64,000 bases of DNA, taken from contig OZ316893.1 of NCBI GenBank assembly GCA_973895155.1, forward strand, positions 26,400,798 to 26,464,797, given 5' to 3'. Made by a program: the position numbers and the translations under genes. Below the pieces are notes generated by a model, which was not told the DNA's origin, ran no database searches, and saw nothing but the letters and a program-made list of their open reading frames with translations. Below are positions 49,392-62,510 of the stretch, in pieces; the first letter of the stretch is position 1; every line of letters begins with the position of its first letter. The DNA is from Marsupella aquatica. Taxonomy: Eukaryota; Plantae; Marchantiophyta.

Positions 49392-51294
49392 GTCTAGACG
49401 AGCGGCGAGAACAATTGATGGAAAAGCTTACCGACGTAAGAAAGGAGCAATTCTCTAGTCGAGACTGTCCAAGTTGAATGAAACCCATCACGTGGGACTT
49501 TACTCTCGACTACCTTCGATCATAGGTCGAATGAGGACCAGAGAAGGCTAAATACGGTTCAGGTTGCTTGCATTTCCTATGGTGCTGATGATTCTTTTGG
49601 TGCGAGATCGAGTTTGCAGTAGTAGGAATCAGGGGATGATCATTGTCGAAAATCTGGCTGGGCTGGTGGCCATGAGACTGATGTACGCTAAAAACCAGAA
49701 ATGGTAATGGTGCGTTTCTGGTACACTGACAGCAACGACTTTGAATGCAGTGGGAGGTAGATGGGTTGGACGAAAACCATCACCAGACTGAAGTGAATGC
49801 AGCGGGAGAAATTGTCTGGATACGCAAGGTACTAGGGCAACTATCTGTCGACGAGATGTGAGTAACTCTATATCTCTTCTCTCCTCAGTTGCCTGGATTC
49901 TGTTCATTCATTTTCCATCCTTTTGTTCGCATCTGAACGTTGCCTCTCAACTCTGTGAGCCGCTGAGTGATTATCATCATTGCGAGAGCAGAGCAGAGGA
50001 CAGAGACAGTGAGAGAGTTGTAGGTGCGAGAGAGAAGTAAGGCTAAGTGAGTTCCCGGGAGAGCCCCAGTGATTGAAGGACAGGGGAGACAACCTTCAGG
50101 ATGCACTGGCCTCATTGATTCTGATTGCCCATATCCTGTTCATTCTGGAGCTCTCGTTCTTGCTACAGGTTTTTCAATATTCCCCTTTCACAATAGTGAA
50201 CTTCATCCTTATAGTTTCATTCTCATAAACTCGTTCTTTGTCATTAGAAAGCTTCAAATCGTTCTGGCTCACTTCTATCGTTCAGTTGGAATCTCTCGCA
50301 ATTGACTATCATTCGTAGCTGTTGCAGGTTCGTTCTGAATAATTTATTGTTTCGTTCTCCAGGGTGTTTTGTTGTGTTCTCGACTCTTTTCGATTTCCAA
50401 TGAACTCTTCTCAATTTGAAGTTTTTTTTTCTCAATTCTGAATCGACTCTTTTCAGTTTGATTTTACGTTTCCCGTAGTCGCTCTTCACTACTGCTGCCT
50501 TTCTGACCTGAGCATTGGCACTATTTGGTGTATTCATGGGATTTCTGCCTGAAACATGGACTACCTGAATCTGGACGAAGACTGAAATGATTTTCTTCAG
50601 ACAGTTGAAGATCGATCCAAACTTTTACGTTCTTACCAGACTCTAGTGGCTTCCACCCCAGATTGGATCCACAAAGACGGCCTCGGTCTGACTTTCTTTA
50701 CACTTCGAAATCTACATACAAGGAGCGATGCATTGGAACAGAACTAAATCAAATTTGCGGAAGTGGTATGAAGAAATGTAAATGACTTTCCTTGAGTAGA
50801 CTTGTGAATTGGATTACACTCCTTCAGTGATTGACATCCTATCCTTCGACAAGGTGATCCACAAGTCAGACGCTTCGGTAATTCCATTTGGTCGACGTGG
50901 GACTTCGAATGAAGGCGGAAGTCGGTCAATAGGAGGGCTAATGCTGCTGCTCAAGGAACTCATTCTAGTTAAATCGACATCAAGGATCTCATAGGACAGT
51001 CAAAGTCAATAAGGAAGTCTATTCGGGAAGATAATGGAGCAATGTCAATTTATAATTAGGCAATTTACCTCAATTGAACGAGATCAGCTGCAAACGCTGG
51101 GCTTTAATCTGCACAGCTTCTACAGCTACGAGGTTGAGTTTTGCGATAGGTACTGCTCCCGCAAATCGTGCTGGATTTTGATGCGTCTGCAAACCCTTCT
51201 CGAATCTGACGAGTTTTTATCGGCATTGTGTAAAATGAAGCCACGGCAGGAGGAAGGAAGTAGAGACCGGGATCGAGATCGGCACGGCTGAACA

Positions 51295-53750
51295 ATGGTT
51301 GAAGCTCCTGATGAAATCACGGTATGTGCGTGTTTTTTTTGTGGCTGGCTGTTTCTTTCACGTACTGTACTTTCTCTTGTTTCGGATCTCTTAGTTTCGA
51401 TCCAAATAGAAAGGACAGGTTGTAATAGGTGCAGGGTGTGTGGGCTCGGTTGCTTGTAGTTTGAAGTGTATTGCTCATCTTTGTGACGACATTCTGTTCC
51501 CGCGTTTGATTTTTTCTCTCGTACCCACCTGCCCAGATCCGCCAAGGGGCGGCTGAAGCGATGGACAAGAGATGGTGTATAGATGATTTTGACATTGGCA
51601 AACCGTTGGGGCGCGGCAAATTTGGAAATGTGTATTTGGCGCGAGAGAAGAGAGTAAGTCTATCTTTAACTTGATCGCAGGTGTAGAGAGCATTCTGTTT
51701 ACAATCGTCTTGCCTAATTTGGCTTCTCACTAACAGTCACGCGAGTGGGCCTGTTTTCAATCTACAGAGCAAGTATGTTGTAGCACTGAAGGTGCTATAC
51801 AAGAACCAGCTGGAGCAGTCGCAGGTTGAACATCAGCTTCGCCGCGAAGTTGAAATACAGAGTCATCTGCGGCATCCAAACATCCTCCGTCTCTATGGTT
51901 ACTTCTATGACTCGGTAAGTTGCTAATACCTCGCGTTCTTTCTCCAGCCTAGCCAACAGATGAGAGATGAAGAGAGACTGAATATAGTGCTGAACGTGCC
52001 CAGGCACGCGTTTATCTTATTCTCGAGTATGCTGCCAAAGGAGAACTGTATAAGGAGCTTCAACGGTGCAAAGTCTTCAGCGAGAAGCGGGCCGCAATGG
52101 TAAGATTTTTACGTTTTATCGAATCATTTCCAAGTCCCAAGCACGTGGACCCTTGGGTAAAGGGTCAATTTACAAAAAGGATCAAACGAAGTACAAAGGA
52201 GTGAAAAGCAAAATAGGTCCAGAGAGGACAAACACCAAACTCAAACGAAGGCACATGCAAACCCCAAAAACCTAGACTGAGGACAAAAAAGGGTAAAGAT
52301 CTACCACTGCAACAGTGAACTAGCTAATGGATGTTCTTTACTTGAGATTAATGTGTGAAGTGTGTTTTGCTCTGGGTATCACGAGTGAGATTCTCATTGT
52401 GTTTATAAAAATACCAGTACACTAAATTGTGCTTACTTGTTTGGAACCAGTATATAGCCTCTTTGGCTCAGGCATTAACATATTGCCACGAGAAGCATGT
52501 CATTCATCGAGATATCAAGCCAGAGAATCTGCTGCTTGGAATCAGGGTACCAACGTCACAAGTTTTTCGAAATTATGCTTTTCGAAATTATGCGTTTCAG
52601 TGGTTTTCTACTTGAAAGTACTTCAACCTTTGTTGACAGATCTTTCCTATAGCTTCCGGTAGATCTGTAACATTTGATGGTTTTCTCTTCTGAAACCACT
52701 GCAACTTGGAGTTAAGCTGAGCTTTGGTGGAGCCGCTGGTATGTAACGCCTGCAAATTTGCAAAATTCCCCGAGGGATTCAATTACGTTTGCAATCAAGG
52801 CTGACTACTCTTAGCGTTTTAGGCTTTCTTGAATGCACGCTTTTAACGTCGCCTGACAAATATGAGGTTATGATGGCAGGGAGAGTTGAAGATAGCAGAT
52901 TTCGGCTGGTCTGTACACACATGCAACAGAAGAAAAACCCTTTGCGGGACACTTGATTATCTGCCTCCTGAGATGGGTACGTTTGCTGGTCGCAATAGTA
53001 GAACGACTGGATTGAATGTGTCCAGGTGTAGGCCTGAGCTTTACTCAAAAGCTTAGCAATGACCGAAGTGTAAGGGCAATCCGGGCTCGAAGTGGGAGGA
53101 GATAATTTTGTTCCCTGACGTGTTGCAGTGGAAGGGAAAGAGCATGATACTGGTGTCGACGTTTGGAGTCTTGGCATTCTCTGCTTTGAATTTTTATACG
53201 GGTTTCCGCCATTTGAAGCCGCCAAACACGCGGACACATACGAACGGTATTTCCTAGCTTTATGTTTTGTTTGTACTTTGCCTTTCGTGAAAATGGCTGG
53301 CGGAATTCTGACTTCTGCTTTTTCCCCGGTGTACAATGGATGCCTAGACGACTGGAACGTTCTTTCTCATGGCTTCTACGTCGTGTATTTCTAATTGCAG
53401 CATTTGCAAAGTTGACCTCAAGTTTCCGCAAAAACCGATCGTGTCGGCTTCTGCGAAGGACCTCATTTGCAAGGTTTGTCTTCTATTTTAGGTTCTGTGC
53501 TGGTCTCGCTGAAGAAAGGGCGCCAAATTCAATCTGGCCATCGGATGTCTTGTGGAAATCCCGTCAGCTGGGACTGGATTCTTGTATTGTTATTAGAAAC
53601 TTCGGTTGTACGGAAAAATATCTAACCTCTGGCTGTTCTGTGGCTTGTTTGAGACAGCTGTTGGTGAAGAATTCTTCTCGTCGATTACCCCTAAGTCAGG
53701 TTTTGTGCCATCCTTGGATTCTCACCAACGTTGGTATTAATGTAGCATAA
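51295..53750 (+). CDS. AUR: Aurora serine/threonine kinase, ~287 aa, 9 exons
   Basis: Exons 51295-51321, 51537-51653, 51768-51914, 52004-52099, 52451-52546, 52880-52976, 53129-53246, 53401-53473, 53658-53750. GT-AG, total 864 nt. Motifs: [25 protein letters not shown]; [28 protein letters not shown]; [10 protein letters not shown]; [24 protein letters not shown]; HPWI. The first micro-exon and start are less certain, and the alpha/beta class is not assigned. Confidence 0.95.
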
Positions 53751-54293
53751 GCAGGGTTAACTGAACCGTACCATAAGTGGCCCGTCTCCTCCATAGCAAT
53801 ACAGATGTCCAACTTACGTCGAGGATGCATATTATTTTGATCCAGATTTCTAGAGCCTTATAAGACGATTAGTAACAGAGTCCCATTATGTTCACTCTAC
53901 CTTAATGGGCCAGCAAGTTTTGACATACGTGGAAAGTGCCTGCTTAATGTATTCTACGTTGTTCTTCACTATCCAGGAGTGTTCCTCATTTGAAGAATAA
54001 CTCGCGTGCAGCCCTGACCTCTGCACACTTGTCAAAATCTCTTGCATTTGTGTCCTGATGACAATAGCAACCTCTCTTCTCAGTCAACTTGCTACAGCCG
54101 GAACTGGCATAACATTTTTTGAAGTGTTTGAAGAAAAGAAGGAGAAGACGAGTGTGACAAACAGCTACGTTCTAATCTGTAGAGGGTAATAAGACAGTCT
54201 GCTGCAGGGTCGTCCCTTGGTCTCCTATCGTGCGTTATCTTGCTTTTTCTTTTCCGATTCAATTCCCAGTTGAACAGCTGAGCTCGGGCATAG

Positions 54294-54981
54294 ATGGTTG
54301 TAGAGGTTACGAATGCGTGGGCTCCATTGAAACTCCAGCGACTGGTGCACTACAACGAGATCTTCTGCACCTCCAGGAGATTTATCAGACCCGTGAGTGA
54401 TACCAGTTACTTTGAGATCGTCTCCGCCAGATGGCTATTAATGTCTAGTCCGTTAATGACAAGTTCAATTCGTAGATGCACCCTCAAGACAATTCCAAGT
54501 CAAAAACGTCAAACACGCTTATCAGTCGAAAACGGATTAGGCATTTGCCACGATTTGTCAGAGTCAGTTTTCTCGTCAGCCGCTGAGAATGGCTCATGGA
54601 ATTAACCAGAAGATGAAGTTCCTGTATTCAACAGACTTCCTGTGCACCGCCGGAAGTACGGATGAGCCCCCGGGAGGATCCCGCGATTTTCTAGGGAGTC
54701 GGGCACCCCCAATTCTTCGTCACCACCATCTGAATGTTCTCATCTGCCTTGCGAGGCCAAAAGACATCCATCGTCAGTGCGTCTACCGGGTGTGAAAGTT
54801 GTTGATGGGCCAGGAGCTGGGTTTTGACGTGGATTCGCAGATCCAGAGTCCGGGTACTCAGCTCAACCTGTTCGAGCTCACACTGATTCATGGGATTGGC
54901 TACCAACAACAGAAGCTCCAGTTCTTCAAGGAGTTGCTGAAAAAATTGTGGGATCAGCAAGGATTGCCCGTGAAATCGTAA
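54294..54981 (+). pseudogene. Decayed coding relic with ankyrin-like motifs
   Basis: ORFs 54589-54795 and 54799-54981 share a frame and are split by a single TGA (VYRV*KLLMGQELGFDVDS). The overlapping ORF 54294-54605 ends SVFSSAAENGSWN. Motif resemblance only. Confidence 0.3.
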
Positions 54982-56364
54982 GTTATGCATGAGTGGAGCC
55001 CCACTGAAGGTTGAGATCTGGCAGAGTCCATCAGAGACCAGACGGATGAAGACGCACAGATACCCGGGTTAACAGGATGGAGCGGCGCACAATAAATGTG
55101 CACGTGTAAGGAGACCCAGGTGCCCCATCGGACTCATGGCCTCAGCCATGTTCAGCACTCTTTTCTATCACAAATCAAGCTCACTCGCAAAAAACCCCGT
55201 GCAAGTATGTCAAGCTGTAAGCAAAGAAGAAACTCGATCAGGAAGAGCATTTTAAGATAAATCTACGAAATTCCGAATTCCATTCATGGCAGGTATGCCC
55301 TTCCTGCTCTTTCCTGCTTTCTCCTCTTAGCCCGTCCATGGATCAGAGGTTCCTCGTTCTCTTCATCACTTTCACACGTTACCCAATGTGCTCAAGCCAG
55401 GATGATGAGAGGCTCCTTACAAGTTTGTTTCTTAAGCAACTCATCAACCCTCTTGTACTTTTTCGTAGTTGGGGAGTCTCCACTGGTCCTTAAGGCCTCC
55501 TTCCCAGCTGGCTTGTAAGGTTCCTACCTTTACCCTCTTCCATTGTACACTTCTGCTTTCCTTTTGAGAGGTATCATTCAAACCTAATAAACTTCCACTT
55601 TCCGTGTATTCCACCAGGGGAGAGACATTTTCCCTCAAATGAGTGTCGCCGAGATTTTCTCAATAGTTGTGGTCGGTACTAGACAATCTTTCTTCAATCC
55701 TTCTGAACTGGACAGAAGTAGTTGTCAAGGCTTTTCATCTGGACTGGAGGCTCCTGACTACATTTCTTAGGGGTCTCCCCAATAGTACCCATCTTCCTTT
55801 TCTGTCCTTTAACAGTCAATGAGCTTCGTCGTTGTCACCAGATTGATCGTTCACATCCCTACTATCAGCGAAAACCGTACTGCCCACTCGTTTGCTCAAT
55901 TGCTCAATTTCGTCGTCAATGCCTTTCTTCGCTGTTATTCTCATTGCAAATTGCTATACTTGCTGTTTCAACAGCAGATCATCACTCTCGTTAGAATCAA
56001 AGTTGCTTCCTATTTCTTCAAACAACATTTTAGTTTACGACTGAGATTACGAGCAAAAGTTTACGAATTAGGCCACGAAGCATTCCTCACCTCCTTGCTT
56101 CAAATGCGTACTGTCTCACTCTAGGTGCGCGTTCCTACACTCAACCTCAAAATTCCAACTCGCTCACTTTTTCCAATTCCTTCCCTCATGCGCCTAACTC
56201 TTTCTCTCTCCGGCTGCAAATTCCTCCACTCACTTGCTCCTTCAACTTTTTCCTCTCTGGCTCTCGTGCCTTATGGGACCACCCCCAGCCAATTATGCTA
56301 CCACCCCGCCATTGAGAGTAATAAAGCAAAACTTTAGGCTCTGGGAAGAAGAATTTAAAATTGG

Positions 56365-57200
56365 TACCTATTTGTACACGAGGCCCAGTCGCTGACTGCC
56401 AAACATAATTCTATTCTACTTCATTTGCATACCTGACAATCGTGCACAAAATCTAGGGATCGCCACCTATGATTAGGTGTTTTCTTGTGCTTATCTACTT
56501 AACCAGTCTGCTTCTCTCTGTTCTCCTACATGCCTCCGCATGTTCTTTTATCTTTGGATGTTCACGGGTGCTAGAAAAAGTTGGATCAAGTGCCACTCTA
56601 TTTGAGAGTATTGACGACACAACAACAGACATTCACTAGTGAACTATCTGGATACAACTTTTGAAGCTCATTGAGAAGCTTACTCATTGATCTATAGATG
56701 TAAGGACCTTCTCCACCTTGTCTGCCATTGGTGTTCAATTGGCATGGGTTCCTTTGGCCTGCTATCGAAACAAATACAGAGAGAATCCTCTGACACATAG
56801 CAAGCGAAAGTTCTAGCTTTGTGGTTCTCTACTCACTTTTCTTTGAGCATATCTAGATGACAGATGTTATAGTATTATTGGTCCACATGACACTGTGTTC
56901 TTGCCAAAGTGAGATGCACATGTTAGATGTTGTGCCTCTATGTGAAATCTATGCCAAGTTAATGCCCTCCAGCATCTCAGGCAAACTGTATGCTGCTCAT
57001 CCCAGTCCCCAATGAGTGCTTGCTGCTCTGGCCCAATCAACTATGATTTGTGTTCTGGCATTGACACCCTTCACTTTTTGCCACTCCTGCTCCGTGACAG
57101 GAGCTTTAACCATGCTATCACCTGCAATGTGAGAGGTGAGCTTAATAAGAATACCTGAACTTGATAAGGGCAAACTTGAACTTTACAGATTCACTGAAAG
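56365..57200 (-). pseudogene. Multi-exon gene-like relic with in-frame stops, unidentified
   Basis: Series of AG/GT-bounded segments. One reads GDSMVKAPVTEQEWQKVKGVNARTQIIVDWARAASTHWGLG*AAYSLPEMLEGINLA*; the next reads GGEGPYIYRSMSKLLNELQKLYPDSSL. Confidence 0.3.
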
Positions 57201-60118
57201 GGTAACAATTGCTACTCATACTGCATGAGTTTGCCATACAATATGAAATCAACGGAATATTCTCTTAGCTAGGCCAAGTATCAGGCTTGGATCGGTCAGC
57301 TTGAACTGAGGTAAGTTTTAGCCACATTGTTCTTCTACCAGCTCTGGTTGGTGTCTAGCAAGGTACTTAATTTATTATACACGAGCCTCTACCCTTGCCT
57401 CTCCCTTGTACTTTACTATCTATTAGTAGATGCAAATTGAATATAGAAAAAACCTCCAATTTGGTAGTTTCAAAAAGTTGTGAGACCCTTAACACCACAT
57501 CATTCATAAATTGGTTTCCCACTAATTAAAATTGCAAAGGAAGGATGTTCATTGCAAGAAAATGACAGGTATTTCAGGGTTGGGGTTTGAGGGTTTTCTA
57601 ATGCCCAAACAGTGCTAGAAGACAGTGCTAGAAGATAGAGTCTATGTTGCTAGTTCAAGCCATTTGGATGGGAGTAAATGGTCGACACTAGTGGTTTTAG
57701 GAAGACACTGTGTACATTGTGTTCTCACCATACTTGCATTTTTTCCAGCAAGAGACTATTTTGCTTGCCCAAGCCATTTAGGTGGGGGTAAATGGCCGAC
57801 ACTGGTGGCAGGTCTCGATGGTGGCAGGTCCGTGTGCTGTGCACCTCGTGAAAATCGGCATAAAGTTGTTAACATTGATCGTGGACAAAAGACACAATGG
57901 AAGGATATAAAAACATGCTGAAATCCATTCATAAAGTGAAGACATTCATGTTAATGTATTCACATAAATACAGGCGGCGCAAATGTGCAAACGCCTGCTG
58001 TTCAGTTGGGCATGGTAACATTGTTGTTTGATCTTTGCATGGTCATTGTGATTTTTGTCTGGTCACTGCATAGTTTGTGGTTTGAATGGATGCAGTGCAA
58101 TGTCACCCAGTTGGGTCTTTGTAAGGCTGAAAACTCACTTTATAAGAACCTACACAAGAACAAACGTATAGGATTTTGATTTTATACCTGAGATCGAGAC
58201 TAAGACTGTAAAGCAGCCTAGAGTACTATTGCCCGTCCTACACGTTTGATGAGTCAGACTCTTTTTGTTACTTCTGCTGATGATTTTGAGCCCACCTATG
58301 TGTTACCTAATTCCCACTTTGCTGGGATGGTGACTTCACTTATTGAGACATGTATCCCTCTTGCATTGCCTCTAACTCCAGTGATGTTTGGCCGACAGTT
58401 TTCACCTTTGAACATACCTATGATACGGTCCCTTCTTCTTGTGGTATTTTTGGCTTCCCTTGATAAGTTATGCATTGCAAAGATTGAGACCATTGGCTTT
58501 TGGAGTTGAGGTTACTGTTGTAAAAGGGTCATTGCACCTTTCCCTCTTCCAGCCCTTGACGTTCCGTGGTCTTCAAATTATTATGTGTGGATTAGACCGA
58601 ATGGTATGCCCATTTGGAAGACTAGTGAAGCCACACTTGATACAACATCGTGAGGATCTTCCCGGAGGATCTTTTCTGCAAGCAGTATTTGAAGGGCGCA
58701 GGAGCCAATGAGAAGTTGGCGATTGGTTGATTAGTTCGGCTTCCTCTGCTTGATGTTGGCCCAACTCCTATGTAATATGAATTTTACCTCCTATTTTTGA
58801 GATTTCTTACTTGGTGTATAGACTACTCTTAGTCAAAGTTGTCAAAACCATTATCTACATAGTTTTATGTTTAGTTTTAGGAGATGAAAACTAAGGCATG
58901 TATTTTCATTCTCCTTAGCTAGTGTATCATTTTTATGTGAGTTCAATCTCATTTGAGATAGAGTGAATAGTTATTTGCAACTTATCACCTTGGAGTATGT
59001 CCCTTGTACATGTAATAAAATTTGCAAGAAAGATCCTTGTATGCCTTGAAATTTGGCTTCTTGTACTAAGAAGTCTACCTCTCATTCTTATTGACAACTA
59101 GATTGACAATTCATGTTGCAATTGTCAAGACAAGTAAAACACATAAAAATACAGAGTGAAGTTTGTATAGGAAGATTAGGTGGTTAATTTCTATATTTTA
59201 CATGTTTGCGTGTATTGACAAAAGAGGAATTTATGTGTTAAGAATTAGCGACATTTTCATTTCACGAATTTGAAGTACCATTGTGGTATGCTGACTGTAT
59301 ATGAATTTTTCTTTGGAATTACGCATCACTGAAGAATAAAACATGTTTTCAATATTTTAATGTTACATTACCATATTCACAATACAAACTCTTCTTGTAT
59401 TTTGTGAGCATAGATACTTCTCAAATAAAATTTCTAATAAAAACCTATATAGAGCAGTTATGACAAGGGTTTTTTTTTACTTGTCAACTTTTTAAATAAT
59501 ATCATCGCTATTTCCCAAGACATGGCAAACTTAAAGATCACTAAAACCATATCGATCTCTAAAATCTCCAAGCATCCTATTATATAACAAATGTCATTTT
59601 TATTTTTTTATTTATAAATTATTAATGTTTTGTTTAAATTACACTTGTTTATTTCTAAATCACTCAATATCACTTAAATCTTCATATAATTTCATTCATA
59701 TTCATTTATGGAATGAACACAAAGTGAAAAAATAAGTGTAACTTGGATTCAAAATCACTTTTAACAAAATATTTTATTAAAAATATTTTATTATTATTTT
59801 AATCTAATTCTTGCAGAACACTTTAGATGATCCATGGAACTTAAAGCCCGGATGGACCTTGTCCATGAAGCCCTCATGGATAAACCAAACATGCATGGAC
59901 TTGACTAAACATAGAAATATGCTTACATATTGATTTTTACACTATTGTCCAAAAAATACACTGTAAGCAACTAAATCATCACTTTTGTCCCAATATTTAG
60001 TAGCTCAATAACTCATGAACTTAGGAAAAAATTCCCACCGAGGAGGTAAGGGGGTCAAATCTAAAGCCCAAATAAGCTTAATTTTTCATAAATTAATTAT
60101 AATTTTCTACCTATTTTC

Positions 60119-62318
60119 TGTTGAGCATAGACGACACTCGCAATGGTAAGCACATGACACATCCAACGCACAAGTAGTCGATACAAGAGATAAGTGGTTC
60201 ACCTCCTCGAGGCTACGTCCACGGGAACACACAAGAGAGCTTTACTGAACTCTAACCCCGTCGGCCATACCAAGTCTCCACAATGTAAGCTCTCCTCATC
60301 TCTCAAGTGGCTCCATAACAATGAGCCTAAGTTCCACTTATCCAAGCAAACACCGCTTGGCATATAGTGTGCATTGTAGTATTGCACTAAGGACATAAAT
60401 AAGCATTTAATATCTAAACCTCGGTATTCGATCCCATGGAAGAACAAGTAAGGAATGATTTTCTATCATTTAACACTTATGAATGACTAAAGGTAACAAA
60501 AACACAGGTTTGAGCCTTTTACTATGGTTGCTCAGCAAGGCATAGATTTGAATGTTTGCTTAACATTGTAAATGCAATTAATAAAATGGAAACAAATAAC
60601 AAAACACAATGAAATCTTGAGGTATGATGAGGGAGTCTGGAAAACACCAAGGTAACTTCTCATCAATACTTCATTTGATGTGATTTGGGTGGTAAATCCG
60701 TAAGAACATTTCTAGAATGGATTACTGTACTATGATGATTACTAAAATGCCGTCAACACATCTAGACTTTTCATTCCAAAGGTACTCAAAAGAAACTAGT
60801 AATCAATCACTTCTGCATCCAATCGGTACTTTGAGTCACAAATAATAAACACCATCATGATCAAATTGAAGTCACAAATAATTGGTGAGTAATAATCTTT
60901 GCATCCCATGCACAAGCAATGTCACGTAAAAAACTATGCATCAAGAACTCAAGAAGATGGGTTGTCACCACTTAAGGAATCTATTCCCTCATACTTCTAA
61001 GATTCAACTTCATACAAGTAATTTTACTTCAATGATCTAAACTCTCAATCATTCAGACCAAGGAAGGGAGAAGAATTCCTTTGCATTTGCAAGCTCCATA
61101 CCATACGAAAACACACGAAAGCTTTGCAAAGGTGATTCCAGTGCTGCAGCACATCCCACAAGCACTACTTTATTTCTTCACACTCGAGAATGACACAAAT
61201 TCTACTTCATATAGGCTAGCAGGAACCAAAGGAGACTGAGATACTGAAAGGACATGCCCTTTCATATCTGAAGGGTCCTGAATTTTAACTTAATGACGGT
61301 CATCGTTGAAAAGTGAATGGACACTGTTGAAAGTATCAAAAATACAGGGGACGCTTCTCAAAGCGTCGAGGTTTTTCGGTAAAACTAATAAACAGTGATC
61401 TTGTCGGAATTTTAACTTCTAAACTAAGAGTCGGAATGAATTGAAACTTTTTAGGGTACTCTACTACATATAATCTCTATGTTAACAAAGTTTCAGACTT
61501 TTTTGAGACCTCTAAGTGTCTCAAATAAATTGGTAAAGTGACGCAGTGTTACAAAAATGCGAAAACTGAACATTTTTCTAAGTGTCGGGAACATAGTGGA
61601 CGCTTCAGTCAGGCATCGATACTTGGCGGACACTTCCAAAAGCGTCGCTTCTCATGTGGACGCTTCTCAAAGCGTTGTGGTCTTGGGTGGACGCTTTTCG
61701 AAGCGTCCAAAAATACAAGGGACGCTTCTCAAAGCGTCGACGAAGTCGCGGCAATGCAAAAAACAGCAAAACTAAATTAATTTTAACTTTCAAACCACAA
61801 GTTGATTTGAGCTGAAACTTTCAGGGATGATTCTACTACTTAACTACTACTTCCTGAAAAAGTACGAGACTTTTCTGATCATGATAACTATTTAATTAAA
61901 ATAGCAGAGATTGGTTGATCGTGATAATTGCACATAGAGCTCATTCTTGCTGAAGAAGTGTTTTGGAGTCCAGTTCTTGAATCTTCCAGCCTGCATTGCT
62001 TCTCCAATGATGTCCAATATTCTTTCTTGATAGCATGCAAAGAGCAAAGATTTATATTATCGATCTTTGTCCAATAGAGGCAATAGCCTCCGATGAAGCA
62101 TAACATTAGGTAAAGTGTTTAGTTGATCTAAATTGCTACAAAAGGTAACTATACTACACCTTTGAGTTAGAAAAAGTTCAAAATTTATAAAATTTCCATT
62201 ATTTCTAACTAATGTACTGTATTACATGCATCCTAGTTAACCTAACCACGTCTCCGACTATGGTTAGCCTAACTACGGTTACATGTCGTAACCTAAGACC
62301 TTGAGTAAATACCTAACA
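60119..62318 (-). repeat. Candidate 3' LTR (~2.2 kb) of the copia element
   Basis: On the minus strand it begins TGTTAGG immediately after the polypurine tract AAGGGGGAGAT (62319-62329). Candidate end ...CTCAACA at 60119, at a shift from very AT-rich flank. TATA-like CTATATGAA near 61210. The left boundary cannot be confirmed without the 5' LTR. Confidence 0.6.
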
Positions 62319-62510
62319 ATCTCCCCCTTGATTCTGGTCTAGGGGAGGGTAATACTGCTAACCTATATGATTCCTCAGTGGGAAGTTCTGGACAAAAACC
62401 AACATGGTTTCCCCTCTCTAACTAGAGCAAACCATAACTAAGCCGTAGCCTACTACTAGGAGTGAAGAAGAGCATATATCAGTAATTACAGCGAATGTTA
62501 AGAAAAACCC

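Noticed and set aside
50556-50994. Ankyrin-like KDGLGLT..LH fragment upstream of Aurora
   Set aside because: Requires a frameshift and several stop read-throughs; evidence too weak.
3909-53750. Functional cluster of cell-division/cytoskeleton genes (SWI3A, TFCB, UBR7, REN, Aurora)
   Set aside because: Housekeeping genes in mixed orientation. Co-location cannot be distinguished from chance without synteny or co-expression data.
55440-56340. Gag/ORF1-like purine-rich minus-strand relic
   Set aside because: Many stops and no zinc knuckle or other diagnostic motif.
61568-61738. Palindrome-spacer array as a CRISPR array
   Set aside because: Repeats are 18 bp and spacers ~12 bp, inside a retrotransposon LTR. 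Kept only as an LTR regulatory array.
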